Shown piece after piece: positions 27,757 to 38,041 of a stretch of DNA of 64,000 nt. Every line of letters starts with the position of its first letter. The first letter of the stretch is position 1. Origin of the DNA: Chloroflexota bacterium. GTDB lineage: Bacteria > Chloroflexota > Dehalococcoidia > Lucifugimonadales > UBA3495. The stretch lies in NCBI GenBank assembly GCA_027623675.1, contig JAQBVF010000010.1, positions 35,899 to 99,898 of the forward strand, given 5' to 3'. Under the pieces are notes generated by a model. The model saw only the letters and a program-made list of their open reading frames with translations, did not search any database and had not been told where the DNA came from. The position numbers and the translations under genes are program-made.

Positions 27757-29283
27757 TTGACCGGTAAAGTTTTTTTGGTGGGCGCCGGACCCGGTGACCC
27801 AGGCCTCATCACAGTTAAGGGCATGCTGGCATTGCAGCAGGCCCAGGTGGTCGTTTACGACCGTCTTGTGGGGCCGGAGTTGCTGGAAGCTGTTCCCGAG
27901 AATGCCGAACTCATCTTCGTGGGCAAGGCCAGGGGCCGCCAGCAGCTAACCCAGACCGAGATCAACCAACTTCTGGTTGAGAAGGCTGCTCAAGGCCTGA
28001 ACGTGGTGCGGCTCAAGGGCGGCGACCCATTCGTTTTTGGACGAGGCGGCGAAGAAGCCCTTGAACTGAAAAGAAACAGCCTGCCCTTTGAGATTGTCCC
28101 CGGCGTAACCTCGGCCATCGCCGGTCCGGCTTACGCCGGCATACCCCTAACCCACCGGGGCGTCGCCACGACGTTCACCGTGGTCAGCGGCAGCGAGGAC
28201 CCCTCCAAGCCCGGATCCACCATCCCCTGGGAAGTGCTGGCCAAGAACGGCGGCACGCTGGTGGTGCTCATGGGCTGGGCGTCGTTGGAAAAGATACTGG
28301 ACACCCTGCAAACGGCGGGCATGCCGGTAACCACCCCGGCGGCTTTGGTGCAGTGGGGCACCTGGAGCGAGCAGCAGACCGTCACCGGCAACATCGGCAA
28401 CATCCTGGAACTGGGCAAGGCGGCCGGCCTGACCGCGCCCGTCATCACAGTCATCGGCAATGTGGTTAACCTTCGTGAAGAACTTGCCTGGTTCGACAAG
28501 CGGCCCATGTTCGGCAAGAAGGTGTTGGTCACCCGGTCACGCTCCCAAGCATCCCGGTTAGTGACCCTGCTGGAACAGGCTGGGGCGAACGCGGTGGAAC
28601 TGCCGACCATCGAGATCGAGCCGCTGGAAGATTTCACCCAATTGGACACCACCCTGGCCAAAGTCCAAGACTATGGCTGGGTGATATTCGCCAGCGCTAA
28701 CGCCGTTGAGTCGGTCTTCCAGCGGCTAGAGACCATGGGCAAGGACGCCCGGGCCCTGGCCGGAACGACCATCGGCGCCATCGGCCCCGCCACCGCCCAA
28801 GCCCTGTCCAAACGTGGGATCACCGCCGACTTCGTGCCCAAGCGTTCCATCTCTGAAGAGATATTGAAGGAACTTACCGGCCGGGACTGGAACGGCGTTT
28901 CCGTGCTCCTGCCCGCCGCCGACATCGGCCGTGACGAGCTGGAAAAAGGACTCGCCGGCCTGGGCGCCAAGGTCACCCGGCTGGCTGCTTACCGGAACGT
29001 CCCGGTGAAAGGTTCCAGCGGCCAGGCCAAACAAGCTATCAATGACGGCGTTGATGTCGTAACCTTTACCAGTTCCTCCACCGTGCGGAACCTGGTGGCG
29101 ATGCTGGACGGCGACCTGACAGCCTTGGCATCCAGCTTCATCGCCTGCATCGGCCCGGTGACCTCGGCCACCGCCCGCGAGTTGGGGCTGCGGGTGGACC
29201 TGGAAGCCACCGAGCATACGGTCGAAGGATTGGTCGACGCTCTGACCACGCATTTCACCGCTGGTGAGTTTTCCCATACCTAG
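27757..29283 (+). CDS. cobA/hemD: Uroporphyrinogen-III C-methyltransferase / uroporphyrinogen-III synthase fusion (CobA-HemD)
   Basis: LVGAGPGDP and RLKGGDPFVFGRGGEE, then VLVTRS, FASANAV, FTSSSTV. Confidence 0.94.
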   Translation: MTGKVFLVGAGPGDPGLITVKGMLALQQAQVVVYDRLVGPELLEAVPENAELIFVGKARGRQQLTQTEINQLLVEKAAQGLNVVRLKGGDPFVFGRGGEEALELKRNSLPFEIVPGVTSAIAGPAYAGIPLTHRGVATTFTVVSGSEDPSKPGSTIPWEVLAKNGGTLVVLMGWASLEKILDTLQTAGMPVTTPAALVQWGTWSEQQTVTGNIGNILELGKAAGLTAPVITVIGNVVNLREELAWFDKRPMFGKKVLVTRSRSQASRLVTLLEQAGANAVELPTIEIEPLEDFTQLDTTLAKVQDYGWVIFASANAVESVFQRLETMGKDARALAGTTIGAIGPATAQALSKRGITADFVPKRSISEEILKELTGRDWNGVSVLLPAADIGRDELEKGLAGLGAKVTRLAAYRNVPVKGSSGQAKQAINDGVDVVTFTSSSTVRNLVAMLDGDLTALASSFIACIGPVTSATARELGLRVDLEATEHTVEGLVDALTTHFTAGEFSHT

Positions 29284-29329
29284 ACCGGCATTCCGGACCC
29301 CTGACAACAGACCCGAGGAGTAGGACGCC

Positions 29330-30313
29330 ATGACCAGCTTCCCCGATTCACGGTTGCGACGCCTCCGCGGCACCGAGGCCATCCGCAACATGGCCCGGGA
29401 GACCCGCCTGAGCGCCAAGGAGTTCGTGTACCCCGTGTTCGTGGCCCACGGCTCGGGCGTCAAAGAGCCCATCGAGCCCATGCCTGGGCAGTTCCAGATG
29501 TCTCTGGACGTGCTCTCCCAAGATGTGGGCGAGGCCGCCGAGTTGGGGATCCCCGCGGTCTTGCTGTTCGGCCTTCCCACCGAGAAGGACCCGCTGGGCA
29601 CCGAGGGTTACGACCCCGAGGGCATCGTTCAGGAAGCCGTGCGGATGATCAAGAAGGACCATCCCAGCATGATGGTAGTCACCGACGTCTGCATGTGCGA
29701 ATACACCGACCACGGGCACTGCGGGATCATAGCCAACGACAGGATCGACAACGATCAGACTCTGGAACTGCTGGCCAAGACGGCCGTCTCCCACGTGCAG
29801 GCCGGGGCCGATCTCCCCGCTCCTTCGGCCATGATGGACGGCCAGGTGTGGGCCATCCGTCAAGCCTTGAACAGCCACGGCTACGACGACACGCCGATCA
29901 TGGGCTACGCAGCCAAGTATTCCTCAGGGTTCTATGGGCCATTCCGGGTGGCAGCCAACTCGACCCCTCAGTTTGGCGACCGGAAGGGCTACCAGATGGA
30001 CCCAGCCAACGCCCGGATGGCCATGCGCGAGATCGAAGCGGATATCGCCGAGGGCGCCGACATCGTGATGGTGAAACCTGCCCTGTCCTACCTGGACGTG
30101 ATCCGGCAGGCCAAGGACCGGTTCGACCTTCCTTTGGCCGCCTATAACGTCAGCGGCGAATACTCCATGATCAAAGCCGCCGCCCAACAGGGCTGGGTGG
30201 ACGAGAAGGCGGTAACCATGGAGGTCCTAACCTCCATCAAACGCGCCGGCGCCGACACCATCCTCACCTACCACGCCAAAGAAGTGGCCCGCTGGCTGCG
30301 CGAGACGGAATAG
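29330..30313 (+). CDS. hemB: Porphobilinogen synthase (Zn type)
   Basis: DVCMCEYTDHGHCG, MMDGQV, YGPFR, MVKPA, AYNVSGEY. Confidence 0.97.
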   Translation: MTSFPDSRLRRLRGTEAIRNMARETRLSAKEFVYPVFVAHGSGVKEPIEPMPGQFQMSLDVLSQDVGEAAELGIPAVLLFGLPTEKDPLGTEGYDPEGIVQEAVRMIKKDHPSMMVVTDVCMCEYTDHGHCGIIANDRIDNDQTLELLAKTAVSHVQAGADLPAPSAMMDGQVWAIRQALNSHGYDDTPIMGYAAKYSSGFYGPFRVAANSTPQFGDRKGYQMDPANARMAMREIEADIAEGADIVMVKPALSYLDVIRQAKDRFDLPLAAYNVSGEYSMIKAAAQQGWVDEKAVTMEVLTSIKRAGADTILTYHAKEVARWLRETE

Positions 30314-30343
30314 ACTTTTTACCCAAAAATATCAGGACGTTGC

Positions 30344-31630
30344 ATGCAACTTAGCAAGTCGGAAGCATTATTCAAGCAGGCCCAGCAGTACATACCGGGC
30401 GGCGTGAACAGCCCGGTCCGGTCCTTCAGGGCTGTGGGTGGCACGCCGCCATTCATCTCCCGGGGACAGGGGGCGCGGGTCTGGGACGTGGACGGCAACG
30501 AATACATCGACTACCTGGGCTCCTGGGGGCCGCTGGTATTGGGCCACTCCCATCCGGCGGTGGTTGGGGCGCTCAAGAAGACCGTCGAAGGCGGCACAAG
30601 CTTCGGCGCTCCCGTGGAGCAAGAGGTCGAGCTGGCCAAGATGATCTGCGGCAGCCTGCCGTCGGTTGAGATGGTCCGGCTGGTCAACTCGGGCACCGAG
30701 GCGTGCATGAGCGCCATCCGGCTGGCACGGGCTTTCACCTCGCGCAACAAGATCATCAAGTTCGCCGGCTGCTACCACGGCCACGCCGACGGACTGCTTG
30801 TGAAGGCCGGCTCCGGCGCCCTGACCCACGGCATCCCCACCAGCGCGGGCGTGCCCGAGTCCTACGCCAGCGAGACCTTGGTGGCCGATTACAACGACAT
30901 AGATTCGGTGGAGAAATTCTTCCTGGCCAACCCCACCGACATTGCCGCCATCATCGTCGAGCCGGTGGCGGGCAACATGGGCGTGGTCCCTCCGGCCGAC
31001 GGCTTCTTGGAATCGCTGCGGACCATCACTGCCGACAATGGCTCGCTGCTGATCTTCGACGAAGTGATCACCGGCTTCCGGGTCGGACCCAACGGCGCGC
31101 AGGGGCTGTTTGGCATCACGCCGGACATCACCACCATGGGCAAGATCATCGGCGGCGGACTTCCGGTGGGCGCCTACGGCGGCCGCAGGGATGTGATGGA
31201 GATGGTTGCCCCGTTGGGCGCCATGTACCAAGCGGGCACCCTTTCGGGCAACCCATTGGCCGTCAGCGCCGGCATCGCAACCCTGACTGAGCTGCAGAAA
31301 CCGGGCGTCTACGAGCGGATCGACGCCCTGGCCCAACGGCTGACCGACGGCCTGACCAAAGCCGCCAAAGCCGTGGAGATACCGGCAACCATCAACCGGG
31401 TCGGCTCTATGTTCACCGGGTTTTTCCATCCCGGACCGGTGGCTACCTTGGCCGATGCCGAAAGCTCGGACTCAAAGATGTACGGCCGCTACTTCCACGC
31501 CATGCAGGAACGTGGCGTCTACATCGCACCGTCCCAGTTCGAGGCCGGATTCGTCTCCACCGCCCACACGGAAGCCGACATCGACGCCACCATTGAGAAG
31601 GCGTCTGAGGCGCTAAACGGCCTGCGGTAA
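30344..31630 (+). CDS. hemL: Glutamate-1-semialdehyde 2,1-aminomutase
   Basis: PGGVNSPVR, NSGTEA, GCYHGH, FDEVITGFR, GKIIGGGLP, PSQFE. Confidence 0.97.
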   Translation: MQLSKSEALFKQAQQYIPGGVNSPVRSFRAVGGTPPFISRGQGARVWDVDGNEYIDYLGSWGPLVLGHSHPAVVGALKKTVEGGTSFGAPVEQEVELAKMICGSLPSVEMVRLVNSGTEACMSAIRLARAFTSRNKIIKFAGCYHGHADGLLVKAGSGALTHGIPTSAGVPESYASETLVADYNDIDSVEKFFLANPTDIAAIIVEPVAGNMGVVPPADGFLESLRTITADNGSLLIFDEVITGFRVGPNGAQGLFGITPDITTMGKIIGGGLPVGAYGGRRDVMEMVAPLGAMYQAGTLSGNPLAVSAGIATLTELQKPGVYERIDALAQRLTDGLTKAAKAVEIPATINRVGSMFTGFFHPGPVATLADAESSDSKMYGRYFHAMQERGVYIAPSQFEAGFVSTAHTEADIDATIEKASEALNGLR

Positions 31631-31657
31631 CCCCGGCAATCGGCAAACCAGCAAATC

Positions 31658-31689
31658 AAAAAGGCTCCCCGTTATTGGGGAGCCTTTTC
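31658..31689. terminator. Bidirectional intrinsic terminator
   Basis: AAAAAGGCTCCCC-GTTATT-GGGGAGCCTTTT, between convergent hemL and sodN. Confidence 0.9.
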
Positions 31690-31736
31690 TAGTTCTAAGA
31701 CTGGTTCTCCCCTAAAGGGAAAGCGCTCCGCTTGGT

Positions 31737-32207
31737 CTAGGCGCCGTAGCGGGCGGTGGCTAGCGGGTCGCTGTAGGTCTCGCCCTTCGTGGTCCAGAAG
31801 GCTGTCGCGATGGAATCGACAGTGGCGACCAGTTCTTCGCACTTGGCCATATCAACGTTCTGCTTGCACTGGCCGGCCAGCTTCAGGGCGGCGTTGAACG
31901 TGGCATGGAGGTCGAAACCGGCGGGAGTGTTGGGCCATCCGTAGTCGGCCCATAGGATGGCAAGCTCTCGCTTGCAGACCTCGGCGTGCTCGTCTTTGAC
32001 CGTTATGTACCGGGCCATCTTGTTGACAAAGTCCTGGTGCGCGGCAGCGTCTTTGGGGTCGGGCGGTTCCAGGGCCTGGATGCGCAGCACCATCTTCTGC
32101 ACGGTCTGAGCGGCGATCTTGGCCGAAACGGGGTCGTAGATACCGCAGGGGATATCACAATGCGCTTGGGCTATCTGTGGCTTGATCCAGCCTAGGGGGT
32201 TAAACAT
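31737..32207 (-). CDS. sodN: Nickel superoxide dismutase precursor
   Basis: A 15-aa leader then the Ni-hook HCDIPCGIYDP. AGGAGAGG SD precedes ATG 32207. Confidence 0.95.
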   Translation of the reverse strand: MFNPLGWIKPQIAQAHCDIPCGIYDPVSAKIAAQTVQKMVLRIQALEPPDPKDAAAHQDFVNKMARYITVKDEHAEVCKRELAILWADYGWPNTPAGFDLHATFNAALKLAGQCKQNVDMAKCEELVATVDSIATAFWTTKGETYSDPLATARYGA

Positions 32208-32354
32208 GGCAGCCTCTCCTGAGTACGCCTTTGAGTGCGCTTGATTTGAAACAGCCAACAGCGTAATCAAAAACCGGTGGCGGCGCAACCCCTGTTGCGT
32301 GCCTGGCGCCGCCTCAAAAAGCGCCTGTCTTGTAACCACTTAGTATAGGCACTT

Positions 32355-32370
32355 ATAATTGCGCAATTAT
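32355..32370. promoter_or_regulatory. Perfect 16-bp palindrome in the sodN/ilvD divergent region
   Basis: ATAATTGCGCAATTAT. Minus-strand TATACT -10 box at 32342-32347. Confidence 0.7.
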
Positions 32371-32453
32371 GCGATAACCTAGTTACGTAATCACGCGACG
32401 AAACCACGGGAAAAGACGACTCCCCGATCATTCGCCGCCCAGGAGATGACCCA

Positions 32454-34142
32454 GTGGCGACAACCTCCAGACCCGCCCACATGAAGCACCGCAGCAGCGA
32501 ATTGACCGACGACCCGCAACGCGCGCCGGCCCGGGCCATGTTGATGGCCATGGGCCTGACCCAAGACGACCTCAAGAAACCCTTCGTAGCCATCGCCAAC
32601 CTGGCCAGCGATGTTACCCCCTGCAACGTCCATCTGGACCGCTTCGCCAAGGCCGCCAAGGAAGGAGTGCGCGCCGCGGATGGCGTGCCCTTCGAATTCG
32701 GCACGATCACCGTCAGCGACGGCATCTCCATGGGCACCGAGGGCATGAAGACCTCGCTGGTCAGCCGGGAGGTCATCGCCGATTCCATCGAACTGGTCAC
32801 CTTCGGCGAGCGCATGGACGGCCTGATCACCGTGGCCGGCTGCGACAAGAACATGCCCGGTTGCATGATGGCCATCGCCAGGCTGAACGTGCCTTCCATA
32901 TTCATGTACGGCGGGTCCATCATGCCCGGACAGTTCCGGGGGAAAGACGTGAACATCCAAGACGTCTTCGAGGCGGTTGGCGCCTATGCCAAGGGCGACA
33001 TGAGCCTGGAAGATCTAACCGCGTTGGAGTGCGTGGCCTGCCCCGGCGAGGGCTCCTGCGGCGGCCTTTTCACCGCCAACACCATGTCCACCTGCATCGA
33101 AGTCATGGGCATGTCCCTCCCCGGCGACGCATCCATTCCTGCCATCGACCCCCGGAAGCTGGGAGAGGCCCGGGACGTGGGCCGGACATTGATGCGCCTG
33201 CTGGAAGAGGATATCCGCCCTCGCGACATCCTGACCAAACAGGCGTTCGAGAACGCCATAACCGTGGCCGTGTCCATGGGCGGCTCCACAAACTCGGTGC
33301 TGCACCTGATGGCCATCGCCCACGAAGCTGGGGTCGAACTGAGCCTGGATGACTTCGACCGCATCAGCCGCAACACCCCATACATAGCCGACATGAAACC
33401 GGCCGGCCGGTACCTGATGGCCGACCTGAGCCGTTACGGCGGCATCGCCCTGGTGATGAAGCGGCTGCTGAACGCGGGCCTGCTCCACGGCGACGCCATG
33501 ACTGTAACCGGCAAGACCCTGCGCGAGAACGTGGAGGCCGTCGAGACCGTCGACGACCAGCCCATCATCTACCAGATAGACGCGCCCCGCAGCCCCACCG
33601 GCGGGTTGGCCATCCTGAGGGGCAACCTGGCCCCCGACGGCGCGGTGATCAAGGTCGCCGGACATCAGGAGAAAGTATTCGAAGGTCCGGCAAGGGTATT
33701 CGACCAGGAGCCGGCTGCCTTCCAAGCCATCCAACGGGGCGACATCAAGGCCGGCGACATCGTCATCATCCGCTACGAAGGTCCCAAGGGCGGGCCCGGC
33801 ATGCAGGAGATGCTGTCCGTCACCGCCGCCATCGTGGGCCAGGGCCTAGGCGACGATGTGGCGTTGATCACCGATGGACGGTTCTCTGGCGCGTCCCATG
33901 GCCCGATGGTCGGCCACGTGTCCCCCGAAGCCGCGGTTGGTGGACCGATCGCCCTGCTCCAGGAGGGCGACATCGTCACCCTGGACATACCAGGCCGCCA
34001 ACTGAACGTGAACCTATCGGAAGAGGAACTGGCGGCTCGGCAAGCCAAGTGGCAGCCCATCCCGCCCAATTACACCACCGGCGCTCTGGCCAAATACGCC
34101 AAGCTGGTATCGTCCGCCTCGACCGGTGCGGTGACCAATTAA
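32454..34142 (+). CDS. ilvD: Dihydroxy-acid dehydratase
   Basis: [47 protein letters not shown]. Confidence 0.96.
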   Translation: MATTSRPAHMKHRSSELTDDPQRAPARAMLMAMGLTQDDLKKPFVAIANLASDVTPCNVHLDRFAKAAKEGVRAADGVPFEFGTITVSDGISMGTEGMKTSLVSREVIADSIELVTFGERMDGLITVAGCDKNMPGCMMAIARLNVPSIFMYGGSIMPGQFRGKDVNIQDVFEAVGAYAKGDMSLEDLTALECVACPGEGSCGGLFTANTMSTCIEVMGMSLPGDASIPAIDPRKLGEARDVGRTLMRLLEEDIRPRDILTKQAFENAITVAVSMGGSTNSVLHLMAIAHEAGVELSLDDFDRISRNTPYIADMKPAGRYLMADLSRYGGIALVMKRLLNAGLLHGDAMTVTGKTLRENVEAVETVDDQPIIYQIDAPRSPTGGLAILRGNLAPDGAVIKVAGHQEKVFEGPARVFDQEPAAFQAIQRGDIKAGDIVIIRYEGPKGGPGMQEMLSVTAAIVGQGLGDDVALITDGRFSGASHGPMVGHVSPEAAVGGPIALLQEGDIVTLDIPGRQLNVNLSEEELAARQAKWQPIPPNYTTGALAKYAKLVSSASTGAVTN

Positions 34143-34176
34143 CATGGTGAGAGGGCATTACCTCTATCGCCCAATC

Positions 34177-34205
34177 GTCATACCGTAGTAATACTCTGGT
34201 ATGAC
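34177..34205. promoter_or_regulatory. Toxin-antitoxin autoregulatory operator
   Basis: GTCATACC-N13-GGTATGAC inverted repeat with an inner AGTA-A-TACT, 14 nt before the antitoxin ATG. Confidence 0.75.
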
Positions 34206-34219
34206 ACCATGGAGCAGAA

Positions 34220-34483
34220 ATGGCCAAAATAGCTATCAGCCTTCCAGACGAGATCCTTGACGCCGTCGAGAAAGAACGCATCCGATGCGGCATCAGCCGC
34301 AGCGAATACTTCCGCCGGACGGTCGAAGAACACCTTCGCCGGGAAAAGGAAAGGGAGGATGTCGAGCGGTATATCCAAGGCTATCTAGAGGACCCGGAAA
34401 CGCCAGAAGAGTTGGAGTGGGTGGTTCGAGCTGGATTAGAAGCGTTGGCCGATATCCCATGGGAAGAAGACGGCCAAGGGTGA
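34220..34483 (+). CDS. Ribbon-helix-helix antitoxin (MazE/NdoAI-like)
   Basis: KIAISLPDEILDAVE...ISRSEYFR, acidic tail, GTGA overlap with the toxin. Confidence 0.88.
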   Translation: MAKIAISLPDEILDAVEKERIRCGISRSEYFRRTVEEHLRREKEREDVERYIQGYLEDPETPEELEWVVRAGLEALADIPWEEDGQG

Positions 34484-34797
34484 GAAGAGGACAATTATGG
34501 TGGGCTGACCTTCCTCCTCCCTCAGGCCGCAGGCCAGTGGTTCTCCTTTCCCGGGATTCAGCTTATTCCGTTCGGGAATTCATCACAGTGGCCCCGGTAA
34601 CTACCCGAGTGCGCAGGCTTCCGATTGAGGTGCTTCTGGGTCCAGAAGATGGACTCTCTCAGGTCTCCGCCGCGAACCTGGACAGCATCCTCACCGTATC
34701 CAAGAGCAGCGTTCACCGGTACATCGCCAGTCTAAGCGAAGACAAGCTTCTCTCCGTTGACGCAGCCATCCATTTCGCATTGGGATTGAAAACATAA
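34480..34797 (+). CDS. mazF: PemK/MazF-family endoribonuclease toxin
   Basis: RRGQLWWADL...RRPVVLLSRD...VAPVTT; GTG start at 34480. Confidence 0.92.
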   Translation: MRRGQLWWADLPPPSGRRPVVLLSRDSAYSVREFITVAPVTTRVRRLPIEVLLGPEDGLSQVSAANLDSILTVSKSSVHRYIASLSEDKLLSVDAAIHFALGLKT

Positions 34798-34879
34798 GGG
34801 GCGCTTCGCCGAAGATTCCCTGGCAAAACTAATGATTCCAGGTCATCTGATTCGGCGGGTGCGGTGACGAGTTAAAGAC

Positions 34880-35107
34880 ATGTCCGAAGAACACAAGGAT
34901 TACAACCAGATAGAGCTTGAGACCATCGCGGCATTGCGGGCTGAGGGGCACGACTCGTTCTCCGAGTTGATGGGTCCGCTCCGCCGGCGCATGGCCGAAA
35001 AAACCGGGGTGCCGACACGGCCGACGCCCTGGCTGGTCAGGTTCTCCGTGACCTTGGCGGCGCTATCATTCGTCGGCGTTTGGATCATTATGAAGTTTGC
35101 CGGCTAG
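34880..35107 (+). CDS. Small hypothetical membrane protein
   Basis: 75 aa with one C-terminal TM helix; fills the intergenic gap. Confidence 0.65.
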   Translation: MSEEHKDYNQIELETIAALRAEGHDSFSELMGPLRRRMAEKTGVPTRPTPWLVRFSVTLAALSFVGVWIIMKFAG

Positions 35108-35172
35108 ACCGGCGGGCATACCCGGCCCAAAGCAAAAACTAGAGGACCAAGAGATAGGGGGAGAGATTAAGA

Positions 35173-36327
35173 ATGGTTGCTAATTCCAGAGACTACGGCC
35201 AAGAGGCGATCGACCGGCACCGGGAGACCAGGGGTAAGGTCAGCATCGCGCCCAAGATGAAGGTTGAGACGCTCGACGACCTGTCCATCGCCTACACACC
35301 CGGCGTCGCCTCGGTCTGCATGGCCATCCATGCGGACAAGTCCGAATCGTTCCACCTCACCAACCGGGCCAACACCGTGGCCGTGGTCACCGACGGGTCA
35401 GCCGTTCTGGGTCTGGGCAACATCGGCCCCGAAGCCGCCATGCCCGTGATGGAAGGCAAGTCCATCCTATTCAAGGGACTGGCCGACATCGACGCCTTCC
35501 CCATCTGTCTGGCGACCCAGGACAATGACATTATCATCCAAACGGTGCGCGCCCTGGCCCCCAGCTTCGGCGGCATCAACCTGGAAGACATCGCCGCGCC
35601 GCGCTGCTTCGACATCGAAGATGCGCTGCAGGACCTGGGCATCCCCGTGTTCCACGACGACCAGCACGGAACGGCCATCGCGGTACTGGCGGGGGTGCTC
35701 AACTCCCTGCTGGTCACCGGACGCGAGATGGAAGACACCAAGTTCGTGTTCGCCGGAGCGGGCGCCGGGGGCATCGCATCAACCAAGCTGCTGATGGACC
35801 GTGGCGCCACCAACATAACCCTGGTGGACAGCACCGGCATCATCTCCCGAAACCGGACCGACCTGACCGCCGTGAAATCGGCCATGCTGGAGACCACCAA
35901 CCCGGAGAACACCCAGGGCGGTCTGGCCGACGCCATGCGCGGCGCTGATGTGTTCATCGGTCTATCCGCCGCCGACGCCGTCAGTCCGGAGATGGTTTCG
36001 TCCATGGCCAAGGATTCCATCGTCTTCGCCATGGCCAACCCCATTCCTGAGATCTGGCCCGATGTTGCCCGGGCCGCTGGCGCCGCCGTGGTGGGCACCG
36101 GGCGCAGCGACTTCCCCAACCAGGTCAACAACAGTCTGGTCTTCCCCGGGGTTTTCCGGGGCGCGCTGGACTCCCATGCCACCAGGGTCACCACCCGCAT
36201 GAAGCTGGCGGCGGCCGAGGCCTTGGCAGCGCTGGTCAAGGAGCCCACGGCAGGGAACGTCCTACCCTGGTCCCTGGACCGCGAGGTAGCCCGCACCGTC
36301 GCCGCCGCGGTGGCCGGGGCGGTCTAA
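35173..36327 (+). CDS. NAD(P)-dependent malic enzyme (short form)
   Basis: AYTPGVA, TDGSAVLGLGNIG, NLEDI, FHDDQHGTA, GRSDFPNQVNN. Confidence 0.95.
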   Translation: MVANSRDYGQEAIDRHRETRGKVSIAPKMKVETLDDLSIAYTPGVASVCMAIHADKSESFHLTNRANTVAVVTDGSAVLGLGNIGPEAAMPVMEGKSILFKGLADIDAFPICLATQDNDIIIQTVRALAPSFGGINLEDIAAPRCFDIEDALQDLGIPVFHDDQHGTAIAVLAGVLNSLLVTGREMEDTKFVFAGAGAGGIASTKLLMDRGATNITLVDSTGIISRNRTDLTAVKSAMLETTNPENTQGGLADAMRGADVFIGLSAADAVSPEMVSSMAKDSIVFAMANPIPEIWPDVARAAGAAVVGTGRSDFPNQVNNSLVFPGVFRGALDSHATRVTTRMKLAAAEALAALVKEPTAGNVLPWSLDREVARTVAAAVAGAV

Positions 36328-36454
36328 ACGATTGCTACACCGTGCCCGGCATTTCGACCTGATGGCCGAGCACTTACCGTTGCAAGTGGAAAGCTATTTA
36401 ACCGAATGAAACTCAGCACCGTTAGCCCAAAATTCGCGGTAGGCAGAGCGGTCC

Positions 36455-38023
36455 GTGGCTGACCGGGTAACGGTCGAGTCGCTGGACCGGTACCGGGCCA
36501 ATCTCCGGTCGCTGGTGGCTGGGAAGGCCAAAACGCTGCCCGGCCTGCGTTACTGCGACCTGCGCATCGAGGTCCGCGAGCAGAAAGGCGCGGTGGCTGA
36601 GAACGGCGCCGGGAAAGGCAGTTCAGAGGATTACACCTTCGACTTTGGCGTCCGGGCCATCGCCGGGGGGCGCGTCGACGCCCCTGGGTACTTCGGCCGG
36701 GTGCTGGGCGCGACCGACCTGGACCGGCTGGAAGATGTGGTCTGGAGCGGCATCCAACAGGCCCACAGCCGCGCCCGTGCCAGTTCCCGACAGAAGTCAC
36801 AGATGAAGGGCCGCTACGCCCATCTGGGCGGCAGCCTGACCTCCACCGGCCTGGCCCCGGTGGCCATCAGGCAGGACACGGTCCCCGCCGCCTTTACCAC
36901 CGACCCCCGGCAGGTGCCCCTCGCGGACACCATCAACATGGCGGTCGATGGGTGCAAGGCGCTGCAGGGCCAGGGCGGCAACATCGTCTACACCGCCTGC
37001 ACGGCCTCAACCTTCCTGCTGCGCGAACTCTTCCTGAGTTCCGACGGCGCCGACATCGACCAGAGCTTCGCCCAGACCGAGGGGTTCGCCATCGCCATCG
37101 CCACCGGTGAGCACGGTAACTACGAACTCTACGACTTCACCGGCCACCAGCGGGGCTGGGAAGTACTGACGGACGGCTATGCCAACGGACCCATCGTGCT
37201 GCCCAATTTCATGGACTTCTGCAAGCGATTGGGCGCCGACACGGTGGAGACCGCCGCCGCGCCGCCCCTGAAGCCGCCGGACAAAGCGGTGACAGTGGTC
37301 ACCAATCCCCATTTCAACACCCTGCTGGTGCACGAGGTGGTGGGCCACCCGTCTGAACTGGACCGGGCATTGAAGTATGAGACGGGTTACGCCGGCCGGT
37401 CCTGGTTCCTGAAGGACCTGCAGGACAACCAACTGGGCCGGCAGATCGCCTCGCCATTGGTCACCGCCTACTCGGACCCAAGCATGGAGGGCTACGGCTC
37501 CTTCAAGTACGACCATGAGGGCACCCCGGCCCGCCGCGCCTACATCTTGCGAAACGGCGTGCTGGAAGAGTTCTTGAACAACCGGCAGACCGCGTCCATC
37601 ATGGGGGTTGAGCCCAATGGGTCGGCCCGCTCAACCGAAGCGCAGTTAGTGCCGCTGATCCGCATGACCAACACCATCTTCGGTCCCGGCGACCAAGAGC
37701 CACGGAGCATCATCGCCGATGTGGAAGACGGCTATTACATCGCCGGGCACCGGACCCCGTCGATAGCCGAGTCTCGAGAGAATTTCCGAATCACCGCCGT
37801 GAAGGTCTACGAGATCAAGAACGGCCAGTTGGGCCGGATGTACCGGGACGGCGGCATCACCTCCGACAGCCGGGACTATTTCATGTCCATCGACGCGGTG
37901 GGCAACGATCTACGGGTGAACCCCATTCCCAACTGCGGGAAGGGACAACCCATGCAGGCCAAGCGGATGAGCAACGGCGGGCCGACCATGAGAGGGGTTG
38001 CCAGGCTGACCGGACCAGGCTAG
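36455..38023 (+). CDS. tldD: TldD metalloprotease subunit
   Basis: HEVVGHPSE, RMTNT, C-terminal CGKGQPMQ. Confidence 0.9.
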   Translation: MADRVTVESLDRYRANLRSLVAGKAKTLPGLRYCDLRIEVREQKGAVAENGAGKGSSEDYTFDFGVRAIAGGRVDAPGYFGRVLGATDLDRLEDVVWSGIQQAHSRARASSRQKSQMKGRYAHLGGSLTSTGLAPVAIRQDTVPAAFTTDPRQVPLADTINMAVDGCKALQGQGGNIVYTACTASTFLLRELFLSSDGADIDQSFAQTEGFAIAIATGEHGNYELYDFTGHQRGWEVLTDGYANGPIVLPNFMDFCKRLGADTVETAAAPPLKPPDKAVTVVTNPHFNTLLVHEVVGHPSELDRALKYETGYAGRSWFLKDLQDNQLGRQIASPLVTAYSDPSMEGYGSFKYDHEGTPARRAYILRNGVLEEFLNNRQTASIMGVEPNGSARSTEAQLVPLIRMTNTIFGPGDQEPRSIIADVEDGYYIAGHRTPSIAESRENFRITAVKVYEIKNGQLGRMYRDGGITSDSRDYFMSIDAVGNDLRVNPIPNCGKGQPMQAKRMSNGGPTMRGVARLTGPG

Positions 38024-38041
38024 CCGGGGCCAGAGAGGAAC

